Assembly: GCA_033791585.1 (NCBI GenBank)
Contig: JASJGK010000145.1
Span: 1 to 53,541, forward strand
Direction of reading: 5' to 3'
Source of the DNA: SAR324 cluster bacterium
GTDB taxonomy: Bacteria; SAR324; XYD2-FULL-50-16
DNA length: 53,541 nucleotides
Under the pieces are notes generated by a model that worked only from the letters and a program-made list of their open reading frames with translations, was not told the origin of the DNA and made no database searches. Shown here in pieces: positions 1 through 10,600 of the stretch. Both the position numbers and the translations under genes were made by a program. Numbering within the stretch: position 1 is the stretch's first letter; each line of letters begins with the position of its first letter.

Positions 1-115
1 CTTGCTCATGTTGCTCATTAATTTTCTGTTCATTCAAAGCGCCAACAGAAGCTTCCTTAGGAGTTTCTTGTGTTGGCTGCTCTGCCTTTTTTGTTTTTTT
101 TTGTACCGCTTTCAT
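1..115 (-). CDS. 5' end of an unidentified CDS running off the window (MKAVQKKTKKAEQPTQETPKEASVGALNEQKINEQHEQ...)
   Basis: ATG at 113-115 on the minus strand opens a frame with no stop down to position 1. It is absent from the ORF track because it is truncated. No family recognised and the SD is weak. Confidence 0.3.
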   Translation of the reverse strand, partial: MKAVQKKTKKAEQPTQETPKEASVGALNEQKINEQHEQ

Positions 116-315
116 CTTTTGATTTTATTGTGTTTTTAACAACAATCTAACATTCAACCCCTGTCTCTGCAATAAGAAAAGGTAGTTTAATGATTGATTT
201 TTCTAGGATTTTTTTCCTTTAATGTTGATTCCTTTGAGTGGAAAATATGATATTTAAATTGAGATTGACCAGAACCTCGTGACAAAGTTACAAATAAAGT
301 AAAAATTGAGTACTT

Positions 316-1731
316 ATGAAATTATTGAAAATTTTTCTTATTGCCGTAACTACCTTTACGCTCGTTGCCTGTTCAGAGTCTTCCAATCTAACTGTGCCTT
401 CTACGATTGAACACAAGGATTTTTTAAGCAAAGCTAAGGGCGGTGATGCATACTATCAAGGTGTCTGGGGTGGAATTTTACGTCGAGGGGAAGGTCTTAA
501 AAAAGACCAAAAATTAGCCTTTACATGGTTGAAAAGATCAGCAGATAAAAAGAATCCCATCGGGCAATACAACCTTGGATTTATGTTCTTCAAAGGCCAA
601 GGGGTTAAAAAAGATACCGATAAAGGTGAAAGGTTGATTCGAGCGGCAATTCCAAAGTTGGAAGAATTGGCAGCCAGCGGTGATGCCAGAGCCCAAACAA
701 ATTTAGGTTTTTTGTTTGAAGAAGGGATAGGCGTTGCACCTGATTTAAAAAAGGCTTTTGAGCAATATACCAAAGCTAGTGAAAATGGGTTTGGCCGTGG
801 TCAAAATAACCTTGGGATTCTCTATAAGTATGCTCGAGGAGTACCAAAAGATTCAAAAAAGGCAGTTGAATTGTTTACCAGCGCTGCAAATCAGGGGTAT
901 TCTCGTAGTCAAGTTAATCTGGCACGTTCATATGAAGAAGGTGTCGGGGTCGATCGAGATATGTCTTTGGCAATCCGGTGGTACTTGATTGCTGCTAGAC
1001 AGCATGATGCTTCAGCCCAAAATCGACTCGGAAAACTTCATGAAATGGGTGAAGGTTTTCCACGGGATTTTAGTGAAGCTATGAACTGGTATCAAAAGGC
1101 GACCGAAGAGGAATACGGTCCCGCAATGATCAATTTAGCCTGGTTGTATCAGGCTGGGAAGGGAGTTAAACAAAATCCTAAAAGGGCAGCGCTTTGGTAT
1201 TTTCAAGCTATCCAAGTAGGGCATACTAAAGGGAAAAAACCTTTGCGTGCATTGTTAGAGTTTTTACAAAACAGTAAAATGTATTTAGACTTAAGTGGTG
1301 AAAATTTTAAAAATGCTGATTTAAGTAATTTAAATCTTTCCCATGCCCGACTCAAAGGGGCTAACTTAGAAGGAGCGGATTTATCATGGTCAATCTTACG
1401 TGAAACAGACTTACGATATGCAAAGCTTACTGGCGCAAAATTAGATTACAGCGATATGACAAAGGCAATCCTTAATGATGCAAACCTCAATAAGGCAAGC
1501 TTAGTTGATACGAGGCTCTTAAAGGCGCAGATGATTAGGGTGAGTTTAATAAAGGCAAAACTGGTTAAGACAGATCTTAGAAATGCAGATTTGAGTGACA
1601 GCAATCTTTCAGAAATCGTTTTAAAACTGGTTAAATTGGATGGAGCGAGATTTAGAAATGCTGAGTTTGTTCCTAAATCTATCACTTCAGGGTTGAACAA
1701 AAAAATGCTTTGGGAAAATAATAGAAGATGA
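316..1731 (+). CDS. Lipoprotein with N-terminal Sel1 (TPR-like) repeats fused to C-terminal pentapeptide repeats
   Basis: Lipobox LVAC at residues 17-20. About 7 Sel1 units with the recurring pattern A..W..KAA..G...AQ.NLG..Y..G.GV..D. The last ~150 aa are runs of A(D/N)L.x pentapeptides (NADLSNLNLSHARLKGANLEGADLS...). Confidence 0.8.
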   Translation: MKLLKIFLIAVTTFTLVACSESSNLTVPSTIEHKDFLSKAKGGDAYYQGVWGGILRRGEGLKKDQKLAFTWLKRSADKKNPIGQYNLGFMFFKGQGVKKDTDKGERLIRAAIPKLEELAASGDARAQTNLGFLFEEGIGVAPDLKKAFEQYTKASENGFGRGQNNLGILYKYARGVPKDSKKAVELFTSAANQGYSRSQVNLARSYEEGVGVDRDMSLAIRWYLIAARQHDASAQNRLGKLHEMGEGFPRDFSEAMNWYQKATEEEYGPAMINLAWLYQAGKGVKQNPKRAALWYFQAIQVGHTKGKKPLRALLEFLQNSKMYLDLSGENFKNADLSNLNLSHARLKGANLEGADLSWSILRETDLRYAKLTGAKLDYSDMTKAILNDANLNKASLVDTRLLKAQMIRVSLIKAKLVKTDLRNADLSDSNLSEIVLKLVKLDGARFRNAEFVPKSITSGLNKKMLWENNRR

Positions 1732-2045
1732 TCATTAAACGAGTGAATCGATTCTTTTTGGTGTATCTCTGTTTCTTATTAGGGATATGTCTAATTGGTA
1801 GCCAATTAGGTGCAGATTCCTTTTTTATCAATCCTCATGCTTTGTTTCTGCAACTCTATCAAGAGCTTTCTGGTGGTGTAACGGAACCCAGCTATTACTA
1901 CCTTTTTAACCAAGATAAGATTTTTCCTCACGGCACATGGGTTGCGCTAATGTTCTTAATATTGGCTCCTGTTTTGCTTACAGTGCTGATCTTAAAAATT
2001 CGTGACCGTGTGAAGGGCCGAAGGCATTTTGACATCCAAGTTTGA
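1728..2045 (+). CDS. Hypothetical small membrane/secreted protein
   Basis: ATGA stop/start overlap with the upstream gene. Hydrophobic N-terminal signal-like segment and a C-terminal TM (WVALMFLILAPVLLTVLIL). No family recognised. Confidence 0.45.
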   Translation: MIIKRVNRFFLVYLCFLLGICLIGSQLGADSFFINPHALFLQLYQELSGGVTEPSYYYLFNQDKIFPHGTWVALMFLILAPVLLTVLILKIRDRVKGRRHFDIQV

Positions 2046-2094
2046 TATTCAGGTATAGGTAACTTGCTTAGAGAGAAATAGATTTGCCAGAAGC

Positions 2095-2319
2095 CTAATC
2101 TAAAACCTGTAGCCAGCAAATGGCTGATAGCAGAACAATTCTTTCTTGGGCCTCACCGACTAGAACAACAATAAAATCGTCTCCTATTTCCAGTAGATTA
2201 CCCTCTGTTTGACTCTGGTCCATCAATGAGAACCTAATTTTGGCAATGCCTAAAAAAGGTCTTAGCTTTTCTGTAAGTTTTACAGTAAATACCCCAGCTG
2301 TTTGGATAATTTTACTCAT
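2095..2319 (-). CDS. Hypothetical protein (74 aa)
   Basis: ORF starting 5 bp downstream of the 5'-nucleotidase gene on the same strand. No motif recognised. Confidence 0.35.
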   Translation of the reverse strand: MSKIIQTAGVFTVKLTEKLRPFLGIAKIRFSLMDQSQTEGNLLEIGDDFIVVLVGEAQERIVLLSAICWLQVLD

Positions 2320-2324
2320 GCTTG

Positions 2325-3878
2325 TTAAGCCTTTATAGAAAAATTTTGATTAATTTCTAATTTTAAATGACCGACTTTTTTCAGGTTAGCAGCCATTAAT
2401 TCTGTAATTTGTGTGGGAAATTCTTCGATGACTAAATGAGGGCCATACATCTTGAAAAAACCTCCCCCTGCCCTGTAGGTGGTCAAAGCAACCTTTAACT
2501 TTTGGGAATTTTCAATATTTGCTCCATGGTATTGCAATTTCGTTACTCTTTGACCAAAATCTTTTCTAATATCCAATTCGTAATCGATCCCTTCAAAAAA
2601 ATCATAGTTATAGCTTCGTGGCCGTGTACCAGTCCATTCGGGATTCGTTTCCAGGTTTTTTATCCCCTGCTTCCCTGCAGGCAAAACGAGAAAAGTTGCA
2701 ATTTGCTCTAAAGCCGCTTTTAGAATTTCACCATTGATCTCCAACACGCAAATTGCATCATGGAAAAAATACGTAGTGAGGATATCTTGCATAGTTACTG
2801 TTTCGGGCAACCCTTCTAATTCATAATCTAAAAAGGAGCTGGCTGCAATATCAGTGTTAGTATGCTCCATCATGAGTTCATTTACCCACTGTATTAGCGG
2901 GTGTTTTTTTGTCCAAACCTGTGTCATGGGGTCGGCTACTTGGAAGCTTGGATCAGCGGTCCCAAGGATTTCGCTTAGAATTCCTTGGTTACATTCCATA
3001 TTGCCACTTAAAAGGTCTGTAATCCATGGATCAGGGGCATGAGTTGACGCGCTGATTATTTTTGGGATGAGGTGTATTTTTGAACCTGTTTGCACCTGTA
3101 TTTCAGCCCAAAATCGACCATGTGCTGCAGGTTGTAAAGCAATGGCCTTGTCAGGAGACTGAAACAGAAATTTTCTATGTTGGTGGCCTGTAAATAAAAT
3201 ATCAACTTCTGGAAACGTTTCCCAAAGCTCAATACCTTGGTTTTCTAAAATATTAGAGCAAAGTCTTTTTCCAGTGTTAGGGTCTTCTGCAAAACCACCA
3301 TGGTAACTGATAATCAAAATATCACATTGGTCACGTAAAATAGGAACCCAATGTTTGGCCGATTCTAAGACGTTGCCAAAAACAAGCCCCTTAATGTTTC
3401 GTGGTGGTTCCCATTTAGGAACAAATTCTGTGATCAAGCCCAATACGCCAATTTTCACCCCTTGCACTTCTTTAATATGGAATGGCTGAAAAAGGCTGGA
3501 CTGAGTTTCGATGATATTTGCACTAAGCCAAGGAAGAGAAGAGTGGGCTTTAATATTTTTTAATTGGTCAATCCCAAAATCAAACTCATGGTTTCCTGCC
3601 ACGAATACATCTACTCCCAAGGCCTGATGTAACAGATTTAAAGGGTGGTTTAAACTTTCCTTCCAATTTGCAGGTTCCTCCCAAAGGTCAACTAGCGGTT
3701 GCCCTTGAATAGCGTCTCCGTTGTCAATGAGGAAGTATTCAGTTTTTTTTTTCTTTAGGTTCTTAATGTAACTGCTTAAACGGTCTAACCCCTTGGCTTT
3801 TATGCTATGGTCTTGGGGGAGTTTGGATAAAAACCTTCCGTGAGCATCAGTATATTGAAGAATATTAAATTCAGCCAT
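2325..3878 (-). CDS. Bifunctional metallophosphatase / 5'-nucleotidase family protein (no signal peptide)
   Basis: Calcineurin-like metallophosphoesterase motifs DAHG, GDAIQG, GNHEFD and GHQH. C-terminal 5'-nucleotidase substrate-binding domain. 517 aa. Confidence 0.85.
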   Translation of the reverse strand: MAEFNILQYTDAHGRFLSKLPQDHSIKAKGLDRLSSYIKNLKKKKTEYFLIDNGDAIQGQPLVDLWEEPANWKESLNHPLNLLHQALGVDVFVAGNHEFDFGIDQLKNIKAHSSLPWLSANIIETQSSLFQPFHIKEVQGVKIGVLGLITEFVPKWEPPRNIKGLVFGNVLESAKHWVPILRDQCDILIISYHGGFAEDPNTGKRLCSNILENQGIELWETFPEVDILFTGHQHRKFLFQSPDKAIALQPAAHGRFWAEIQVQTGSKIHLIPKIISASTHAPDPWITDLLSGNMECNQGILSEILGTADPSFQVADPMTQVWTKKHPLIQWVNELMMEHTNTDIAASSFLDYELEGLPETVTMQDILTTYFFHDAICVLEINGEILKAALEQIATFLVLPAGKQGIKNLETNPEWTGTRPRSYNYDFFEGIDYELDIRKDFGQRVTKLQYHGANIENSQKLKVALTTYRAGGGFFKMYGPHLVIEEFPTQITELMAANLKKVGHLKLEINQNFSIKA

Positions 3879-4736
3879 TTAAGTAACCTGAGTCGGGATG
3901 TGTTCAATTAAGGCAGGGGAAACCATTTTATCTAGAATTGGTTCATCTTGATCCCAGTGGGCGAGTTCTACCTTAGGTTTAGGAGCACCATGGAAGTCGC
4001 TTCCCCCAGAAGTGATTAAACCCAACTCCTTTACGATCTTTTGGTAAACTAGAACTTGTCTTGGGTCATGCGATGAATTGAATACCTCTATCCCATCAAG
4101 TCCAAATCTTTGGAGCATTTTTAAATATTCTCTAAGTCGAAATTGATCTAACCTTAAGCTAGAAGGGTGAGCAACAATAGCCATTCCGCCTGCGGCTTTG
4201 ATGAAGCCAATTGCTTCTTCGGGAGTAAAAATCTCCTTGGTCACAAAACCTGGGGTACCCAGTCCAAGGTAGCTGCGAAAGGCCTCTTCAAAGCTTTTAA
4301 CGTACCCTTTTTTTAGGAGCAAATTGGCAATGTGAGGTCTGCCTATTCCTTTGGGTGAGTCAGAAAATTCTAGCAATTCTTCAAAATGAATATCAAGGCC
4401 AATTGCTTGCAACTTTTCAAATACTTTTTGGTTTCTGTTCTCTCTTGCTTTTTGGTAAAGTTTCAGTTTTCTTTGGAAGTCAGGGTCTTTTTCTGAAATA
4501 CCTAAGCCTAAAATATGCAGAGTGCCGCCACGATATTTTGCGCTAATTTCTACCCCTGATACTATTTGGAGATCTTGGGCTGCTGCTGCCTTTCTGGCCT
4601 CTTCAAGGCCAGCGGTAGTATCGTGATCTGTTAAGGCCAGAATCTTTACCTGAGCTTGGGTGCAACGATGCACTAACTGGCTAGGGCTTAAACTTCCATC
4701 ACTGGCAGTTGAGTGTGTATGTAGGTCGATTAGCAT
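3879..4736 (-). CDS. PHP-domain phosphoesterase (TrpH/YciV, RNase AM-like)
   Basis: N-terminus MLIDLHTHSTASDGS is the classic PHP motif I, followed by LALTDHDT. Length 285 aa. Its stop directly abuts the start codon of the downstream 5'-nucleotidase gene. Confidence 0.85.
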   Translation of the reverse strand: MLIDLHTHSTASDGSLSPSQLVHRCTQAQVKILALTDHDTTAGLEEARKAAAAQDLQIVSGVEISAKYRGGTLHILGLGISEKDPDFQRKLKLYQKARENRNQKVFEKLQAIGLDIHFEELLEFSDSPKGIGRPHIANLLLKKGYVKSFEEAFRSYLGLGTPGFVTKEIFTPEEAIGFIKAAGGMAIVAHPSSLRLDQFRLREYLKMLQRFGLDGIEVFNSSHDPRQVLVYQKIVKELGLITSGGSDFHGAPKPKVELAHWDQDEPILDKMVSPALIEHIPTQVT

Positions 4737-4873
4737 AAGTATCTGTTTTATATTTGTCTCAGCTTACGAAAATTTAGAGATTCTGCCAAGTCCACAAAAC
4801 TATTGCTTTCACCTTGGCCTTTTGGCATAGCTTTGTTAGTTTTTGGAGCAGGAAACTAATTAAAAAGGGAAAA

Positions 4874-5161
4874 ATGATTAAACATATAGTAATGTTCAAG
4901 CTGAAGATTAAGACAGAAGAAAATTTAAACCTACTAAAAGATAAGCTGGAAGCCTTGAAGGATAAAATCGACCTAGTTCAATACTTAGAAGTGGGTATTG
5001 ATATTTTAGGTAAGGAGCGGTCAATGGATTTAGTTTTGACAACCCATTTTAAAAGCGTAGAAGACTTAATCCTTTATGCGAATCACGAAGAACACTTAAA
5101 AGTATTGGAATGGATAGGGGAAAATACGAGTTTGATAAAGGCCGTAGACTTTGAGGTCTAG
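4874..5161 (+). CDS. Stress-responsive Dabb (dimeric alpha/beta barrel) domain protein
   Basis: MIKHIVMFKLK... is the typical Dabb N-terminus, and the ~95-aa size fits. I prefer the internal ATG at 4874 (preceded by aaaaaggga) to the track start at 4814. Confidence 0.7.
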   Translation: MIKHIVMFKLKIKTEENLNLLKDKLEALKDKIDLVQYLEVGIDILGKERSMDLVLTTHFKSVEDLILYANHEEHLKVLEWIGENTSLIKAVDFEV

Positions 5162-5175
5162 GCCTTAAGTTTCAA

Positions 5176-6273
5176 TTATTTGAAAAAAGCCCCTAGCCCC
5201 AAACCAAATTGGCTGGTCGTTTTATCATTGGTTGGGTTATCTGCATCAATAGTACTTGTCTGGTTATAAGCAGAGTAGAATCTGATAATGCCAATATAAT
5301 ACGTGTAACCAAAATCTAAACTTGTAAACTTGGTTGGATTATCTGACCCATCGGTAGTGGCCTGTACTGAGTAAGCAAGGGTGGCACCTGAGTTTTTTGT
5401 TGTTTTATAATCCCAAAAGAAAATTGAAGTTGTTATGTCTTCAGGGTCTCTGGCTGAGTCCAGATAAACTTGGGTAAAATCGTCGTAATTTACAGAAAAT
5501 TTCAAATCACCAAAAGGGATTTGCCAACCAATTGCATAGGCTGCGTAGTCTTCCGCACCGTGGACAGAGCCTGTTTCTGTTGCTACCGCTTTTTCGTTGG
5601 TTCGCTCAGCAATCATTGTGTAGCTTGCTGTAAATTTTTGGCCCCCTGCACTTCCTTCCCAAAAAAGAGCTTGTGCTTTTTCATCATTGGAAATTTCATT
5701 GGCACTGGTATCGCCGCTTACGGCGTGACGACCAATGATGACTCTTGCTCCTACTGACTTGATGCCCAAAGTAAAATAGTCACCATCGCCAATGGTTTCT
5801 CCAATTGCTAAAGTATTATCAATATCTTGGAGGTGTTTACCTCCGAGAGTGCTACCACCTGGCTCTTGCCTTCCTAATCTGAAGGATAGTAACTCATTTT
5901 CTAGGGTTACATAAAGGTAGCGACCGTTAACTGAGCTATCAGCTGACTGCATGTCAAAGTCAATAGTTCCTGACGTAACCCAGCCTTCAACTTTCGACTT
6001 TACAGTATAACCAAGTCTTGCGTCTGTAGTGGTATCAAAATGATTATAACTAACATCACCCTGTGAAAATGTATTTTGAATCACTGTTGAACGAATCCTT
6101 CCAAACATGGTTCCTTCTGGAGCCGAAGCTGAATCTTTTTGGCCAATTTGTTCTAATGCATTGGCATTTTCTGTCAACGGTTGTTCTTCCATTGCACTGG
6201 GGGCAATGTCTACGGCAAAAATGTCACTGGATATAAGAGTGATTACGCCTAAAATAATGAGTTTTATTTTCAT
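5176..6273 (-). CDS. Putative outer-membrane beta-barrel porin
   Basis: Signal peptide MKIKLIILGVITLISSDIFA. Alternating hydrophobic/polar beta-strand pattern rich in G/Y/T/S. Aromatic C-terminal strand (GLGLGAFFK). Confidence 0.5.
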   Translation of the reverse strand: MKIKLIILGVITLISSDIFAVDIAPSAMEEQPLTENANALEQIGQKDSASAPEGTMFGRIRSTVIQNTFSQGDVSYNHFDTTTDARLGYTVKSKVEGWVTSGTIDFDMQSADSSVNGRYLYVTLENELLSFRLGRQEPGGSTLGGKHLQDIDNTLAIGETIGDGDYFTLGIKSVGARVIIGRHAVSGDTSANEISNDEKAQALFWEGSAGGQKFTASYTMIAERTNEKAVATETGSVHGAEDYAAYAIGWQIPFGDLKFSVNYDDFTQVYLDSARDPEDITTSIFFWDYKTTKNSGATLAYSVQATTDGSDNPTKFTSLDFGYTYYIGIIRFYSAYNQTSTIDADNPTNDKTTSQFGLGLGAFFK

Positions 6274-6325
6274 TTTTTTTCTGGGTTAAATGGGTAGAAT
6301 CATTTGGTTTTTTACAGATATCAAA

Positions 6326-6362
6326 TTTTTTTACTAATTTTTACTAATTTTTACTAATTTTA
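6326..6362. repeat. Tandem 10-bp repeat TTTTTACTAA x about 3.5
   Basis: ttactaattt occurs at 6331-6340, 6341-6350 and 6351-6360 with identical flanks. It lies 55-90 bp upstream of the porin start codon. Confidence 0.9.
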
Positions 6363-6432
6363 TCGAAAAGTGCAATAAAACAAAGAAAAATGAGTAATAT
6401 TTCATATTTAAAATGCTACATTTCAATAAAGT

Positions 6433-7068
6433 CTAAATTTCAAAATCAGGCCATTCTCTCTCATGGGGAATCCTAATTCCTTGAATAAATGCTTGTCTCA
6501 AAGCCAGTTGCTTGAGCCAACGGCATAAGCTCGGTTTATCCTTTAGGGTTATCCCGACTTTTAAATGCAGGCGTATCCATGGCCAAAGGGCTATATCTGC
6601 AATGGAATAGTCCCCCGTAATAAATTCCCTATCCTTTAGTTGTAAGTCTAGAATCTTATATAGTCTCTCTGTTTCATTAACATAACGTTTAATGGCATAG
6701 TCATTTTTTTTTGGAACAGCAAATTTAAAAACATGGGCTTGGCCCTGCATAGGCCCAATTGCGGACATTTGAAACATTAGCCACTGTATACATTCGGCTT
6801 TTTGGGATGGTTTCTTGGGCAGTAACATTCCCGTCTTTTCTGCTAAATATAATAAAATAGCTCCACTTTCAAAAAGCTTAAAATCATTGAGATCATGATC
6901 AATGATAGCTGGGATTCTACCATTGGGGTTAATTTGTAAAAACCAATCTTCTTTTTGTTGGTTTTCCATTAAATTTATAAAATGTGCTTTATAGTCCAGG
7001 CCAATTTCTTCAAGCATGATTGATATTTTGTAACCGTTGGGAGTCGGACTTGAATAAAGATCAATCAC
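6433..7068 (-). CDS. Glutathione S-transferase, YfcG/Nu-class-like
   Basis: N-terminus MIDLYSSPTPNGYKISIMLEEIGLDY...NPNGRIPAIIDHD closely resembles the E. coli YfcG N-terminus as I recall it. 211 aa. Confidence 0.8.
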   Translation of the reverse strand: MIDLYSSPTPNGYKISIMLEEIGLDYKAHFINLMENQQKEDWFLQINPNGRIPAIIDHDLNDFKLFESGAILLYLAEKTGMLLPKKPSQKAECIQWLMFQMSAIGPMQGQAHVFKFAVPKKNDYAIKRYVNETERLYKILDLQLKDREFITGDYSIADIALWPWIRLHLKVGITLKDKPSLCRWLKQLALRQAFIQGIRIPHEREWPDFEI

Positions 7069-7520
7069 CGGGGACTTTGGGCTTGTATCGCAGCAAATAG
7101 CTTTTTAACACGATTTTTATTTACCCCCAAGTCTGACCAGCCAATCCTTGAGGCAGATCTGCAGTGAATCAACCCCTCCCTCTCTACAATTAGTAACTCT
7201 AAATCATCGGTAAACTGAAAAAAACTGCTTGTAAATTCAATGTGAAAATAATTGTTCGTTTGTTTGACTATTTTATAGTTACTGAAGGTTTTTAAGGCCT
7301 TTTCAATTGCGCTGTGAACAAAAGCAAGGTCCCCTTGAATCTTTAAGGCGGGCAAATGCTTTTCAACCGTAGAAACGCAATTTGGTTTATCTGGGCAAGC
7401 TTTTAAACTAGTAAGGTCGTAATTGTTTTCTGCCATCAAATCACTTACGAAGGGGTTGAAAAAAAGCCAAATAAAATGTAAAAAAAAGATGCGATTTTTG
7501 TTCATAGTTGTTTTTACCAC
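7065..7520 (-). CDS. DUF1499 family protein
   Basis: Signal/anchor plus the CPDKPNCVST motif typical of DUF1499. 4-bp overlap with the downstream GST gene. Confidence 0.65.
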   Translation of the reverse strand: MVKTTMNKNRIFFLHFIWLFFNPFVSDLMAENNYDLTSLKACPDKPNCVSTVEKHLPALKIQGDLAFVHSAIEKALKTFSNYKIVKQTNNYFHIEFTSSFFQFTDDLELLIVEREGLIHCRSASRIGWSDLGVNKNRVKKLFAAIQAQSPR

Positions 7521-7637
7521 GTTATGTAAAACTTGATCAAGCTAAGTGACAAATGATTGAAAAAAAAAGAATAAATTTCTAGGCAAAAGTAGGGAGAGTA
7601 GATAAACTGAGGTTCATAATTTTATTGAGTTTAATCT

Positions 7638-10600
7638 ATGAATTTTTTTAAGTCTTTACAAAATGACGATATTAAAGGCCAGCTCTTTTCTTCTCATCTA
7701 GTATTGTCTGCTATTGGGGTTGTTCTTCTAATATTGGCCTTTTTTTCTACTCTTATTATGAGAAATATTGCCATAAAGGTAGTTGAGAGTAGCCAGCCTA
7801 AAATGGAGTCAATTGATCATATTGCCAATCAATTAATGGAAGCTGATTTGACCTTGAAAAACTGGGTAAACAAAAAGGACAAAAAGCAAAAGGTGAAAGT
7901 TTTATTGATCTGGGAAGGCAAAATTTACCCAAGCTTAGCTAAATTTCAAGAGTTACTTAAAGACGAAGGCCATGTGATTCAAGATCTTTTCAACGAACTT
8001 AAAGGCAATATTGTTGAGCTTGAACGTCTCCATGTAAGGGTCGCACATGTTTCGGGTAAACCTGAAAATGAACCTGACCGTGTATTGTTCAATGAAAAAG
8101 TAACTAAAATCACCACCCAGACCAAGCAAAATTTTTCTGCTTTTAAAGCTGCAGCTCCAGGAAAATTAAAGAATGATGTAGAACATTATCTAGCTAGTTT
8201 TGGAAACAACTTTGCCTTGAGTTTAACTATTTTAGATAGCTACTTGGATCGCCAAACGGTGGATAGAAAAAGCCACTACCTTAAAACCCTGGCCCTTGGG
8301 AAAAGTTATTTGGGTAAATTAAAAAGGAAATCTCTTAATTTTAAACAAAGGAAAATACTGACGGAGATTGAAGATGATTTGGAGTCTTTTGTTCTTGCCG
8401 CCGATATTGTGACAAAAAAAAGAGAGAATCCTCAATGGAATCTGAGTAACTTTATACTCAATGTTGAAGCTCCTCCTGTACTCTATGAAATTTATGAAAT
8501 ATTAGGTGAATTGGAAGAAATTCAATCTTTAGAATTAAAATCTGATGCTGAAACTACCATTTTTATAGGTTATGCTTCATTAGGCATGACTTTCGTTTTG
8601 ATTGTTGTGATGATTGTTGCCGCATATATCCTTTCTAAAAGGAATGCAGCAAAGTTAGCCGCGCCTATTCAAGCTTTGACTCAAGCTGCAGGAAGATTTT
8701 CAGAAGGGGACTTGAAAGTAGATATTCCTGAAAATACAAAGGGAGAAGTAGGTGAGCTTACAGCTGCCTTCAACCGCATGAGAGACAGCTTATTGGGAAG
8801 TTATGGACGTTTGCAGGCTGTTTTTAATACTGTGGTGGAGGGGATAGTTATTCTCGATGAAGATGGGAAGATCTTAAATATCAACCCTTCGGTTGAAGAT
8901 ACTTTTGGCTTTACTATGCAATTTTTAGTGGGAAAACCCTTTCAGGTATTGCTCAGTGAAGACGATGATGCTGCATGGGCCACAGTTTTAGAAAAAAGAG
9001 GTGAAAAAAACAGAACACAACTCACAGAAGTTGTGGGTAAGCATTTTAGCGGAAATACCTTCCCCTTATACCTTTCGATTTCTGAGATTATACAAAAGGA
9101 CCGGACTCTTTACACAGCGGTCTTAAGGGATATTTCCCAAGAAAAAGAAATCCAAGAAGCTCTTATTGGAGCTAAAGAGAAAGCACAAAGTGCAGACCAG
9201 TTAAAAAGTGCTTTTTTGGCCAATGTAAGCCACGAAATCCGCACGCCTATGAATTCCATTATTGGTATGACCGGCCTTGCTTTGGGAACGGACCTAAAGC
9301 CTAACCAGAAACGTTATATCCAAGCGGCGAATGCTGGTGGAATTGCACTTTTAAAATTGATCAATGACATTTTAGATCTTTCAAAAATGGAAGCTGGTAA
9401 ATTAACCATCGAGACCATTGATTTTGATCTTGTTCCCTTGGCTGAGGAAGTAACCGAGCAATTTTATGCGGAGGCACAAAAAAAAGACTTGCAAATAGCT
9501 TTGGATATTGATCCTAAAATACCTTCTATTTTAGTAGGCGATCCAAATAGAATTCGGCAAGTTTTAATGAACATCTTAGGAAATGCTATTAAGTTTACTG
9601 AAGAAGGGGCAGTGAACGTAATTGTAACCCTCGAAAACCAAGTTGATGATAAAAATGTACTGCTTTTTCATATCCAAGATACAGGTATTGGTATTCCGCC
9701 TGATCGTGTCGGGTATATTTTTGATTCCTTTGTCCAGTCCGACTCTTCAACAAGCAGAAAATATGGTGGAACAGGGCTAGGAACGACCATTTCGAAAGAA
9801 CTGGTAGAGCTGATGGGTGGGAAAATATGGCTTGAAAGCGCCCTTGGGGAGGGCACTACTTTCTTTATAAGTTTGACCCTCAAAAGGGGAGCCGCAAATG
9901 AATTTGAAAGGCATAGTTCAATATTCGACGCTGGAATCGAAAACGTTTTATTAGTAGAGAGTCATATAGAATCCTCAAGGGCAATTTCAAATGTGTTGTT
10001 AAACTGGGGCTGTAATGTTTTATCTGCAAATTCTAAAGAAGAGGCAGAAGAGTGCAGTACAAATCAAAAATTCGATGCGCTAATTGTTGATGCCAGCCTT
10101 CCGGAATTCAAAAGCCTAGAGTTAGTTGCCCGTTTGAAAGAAAAAACCGAATTTAAAGACACACCTGTAGTGTTACTTTTTTCGTATCTATCCCCAAATC
10201 ACTTAAGGGATATGGAAAAGTATTCCATTAAGCACTATCTTTTTAAGCCTGTTAAGCGGGCTGAGTTAAAAAACAAATTGATAGAATTTGCTTTAGAAAA
10301 AAAGGGAAATAGCAATATTAAGTCAAACATAACAAAAATACACAAGACTAGGCCTAAAATACTTGTTGTAGAGGATGATTTGGCAACGCAGGAGTTAATT
10401 GAATATCGGCTTTCCAACCAAGACTTAACTTTTGTTATTTATGGAACAGGTGAAGAAGCTCTAACCTTTTTAAAGGAAAATACCTGCGACCTAATGCTAT
10501 TGGATTACAACCTTCCGGATTATAATGGCATGGATTTAGCTAAGAAGATCCAAGAAGGCAATTTTGATGGGGGATTTCCCATTTTCTCCATTACCGCCGC

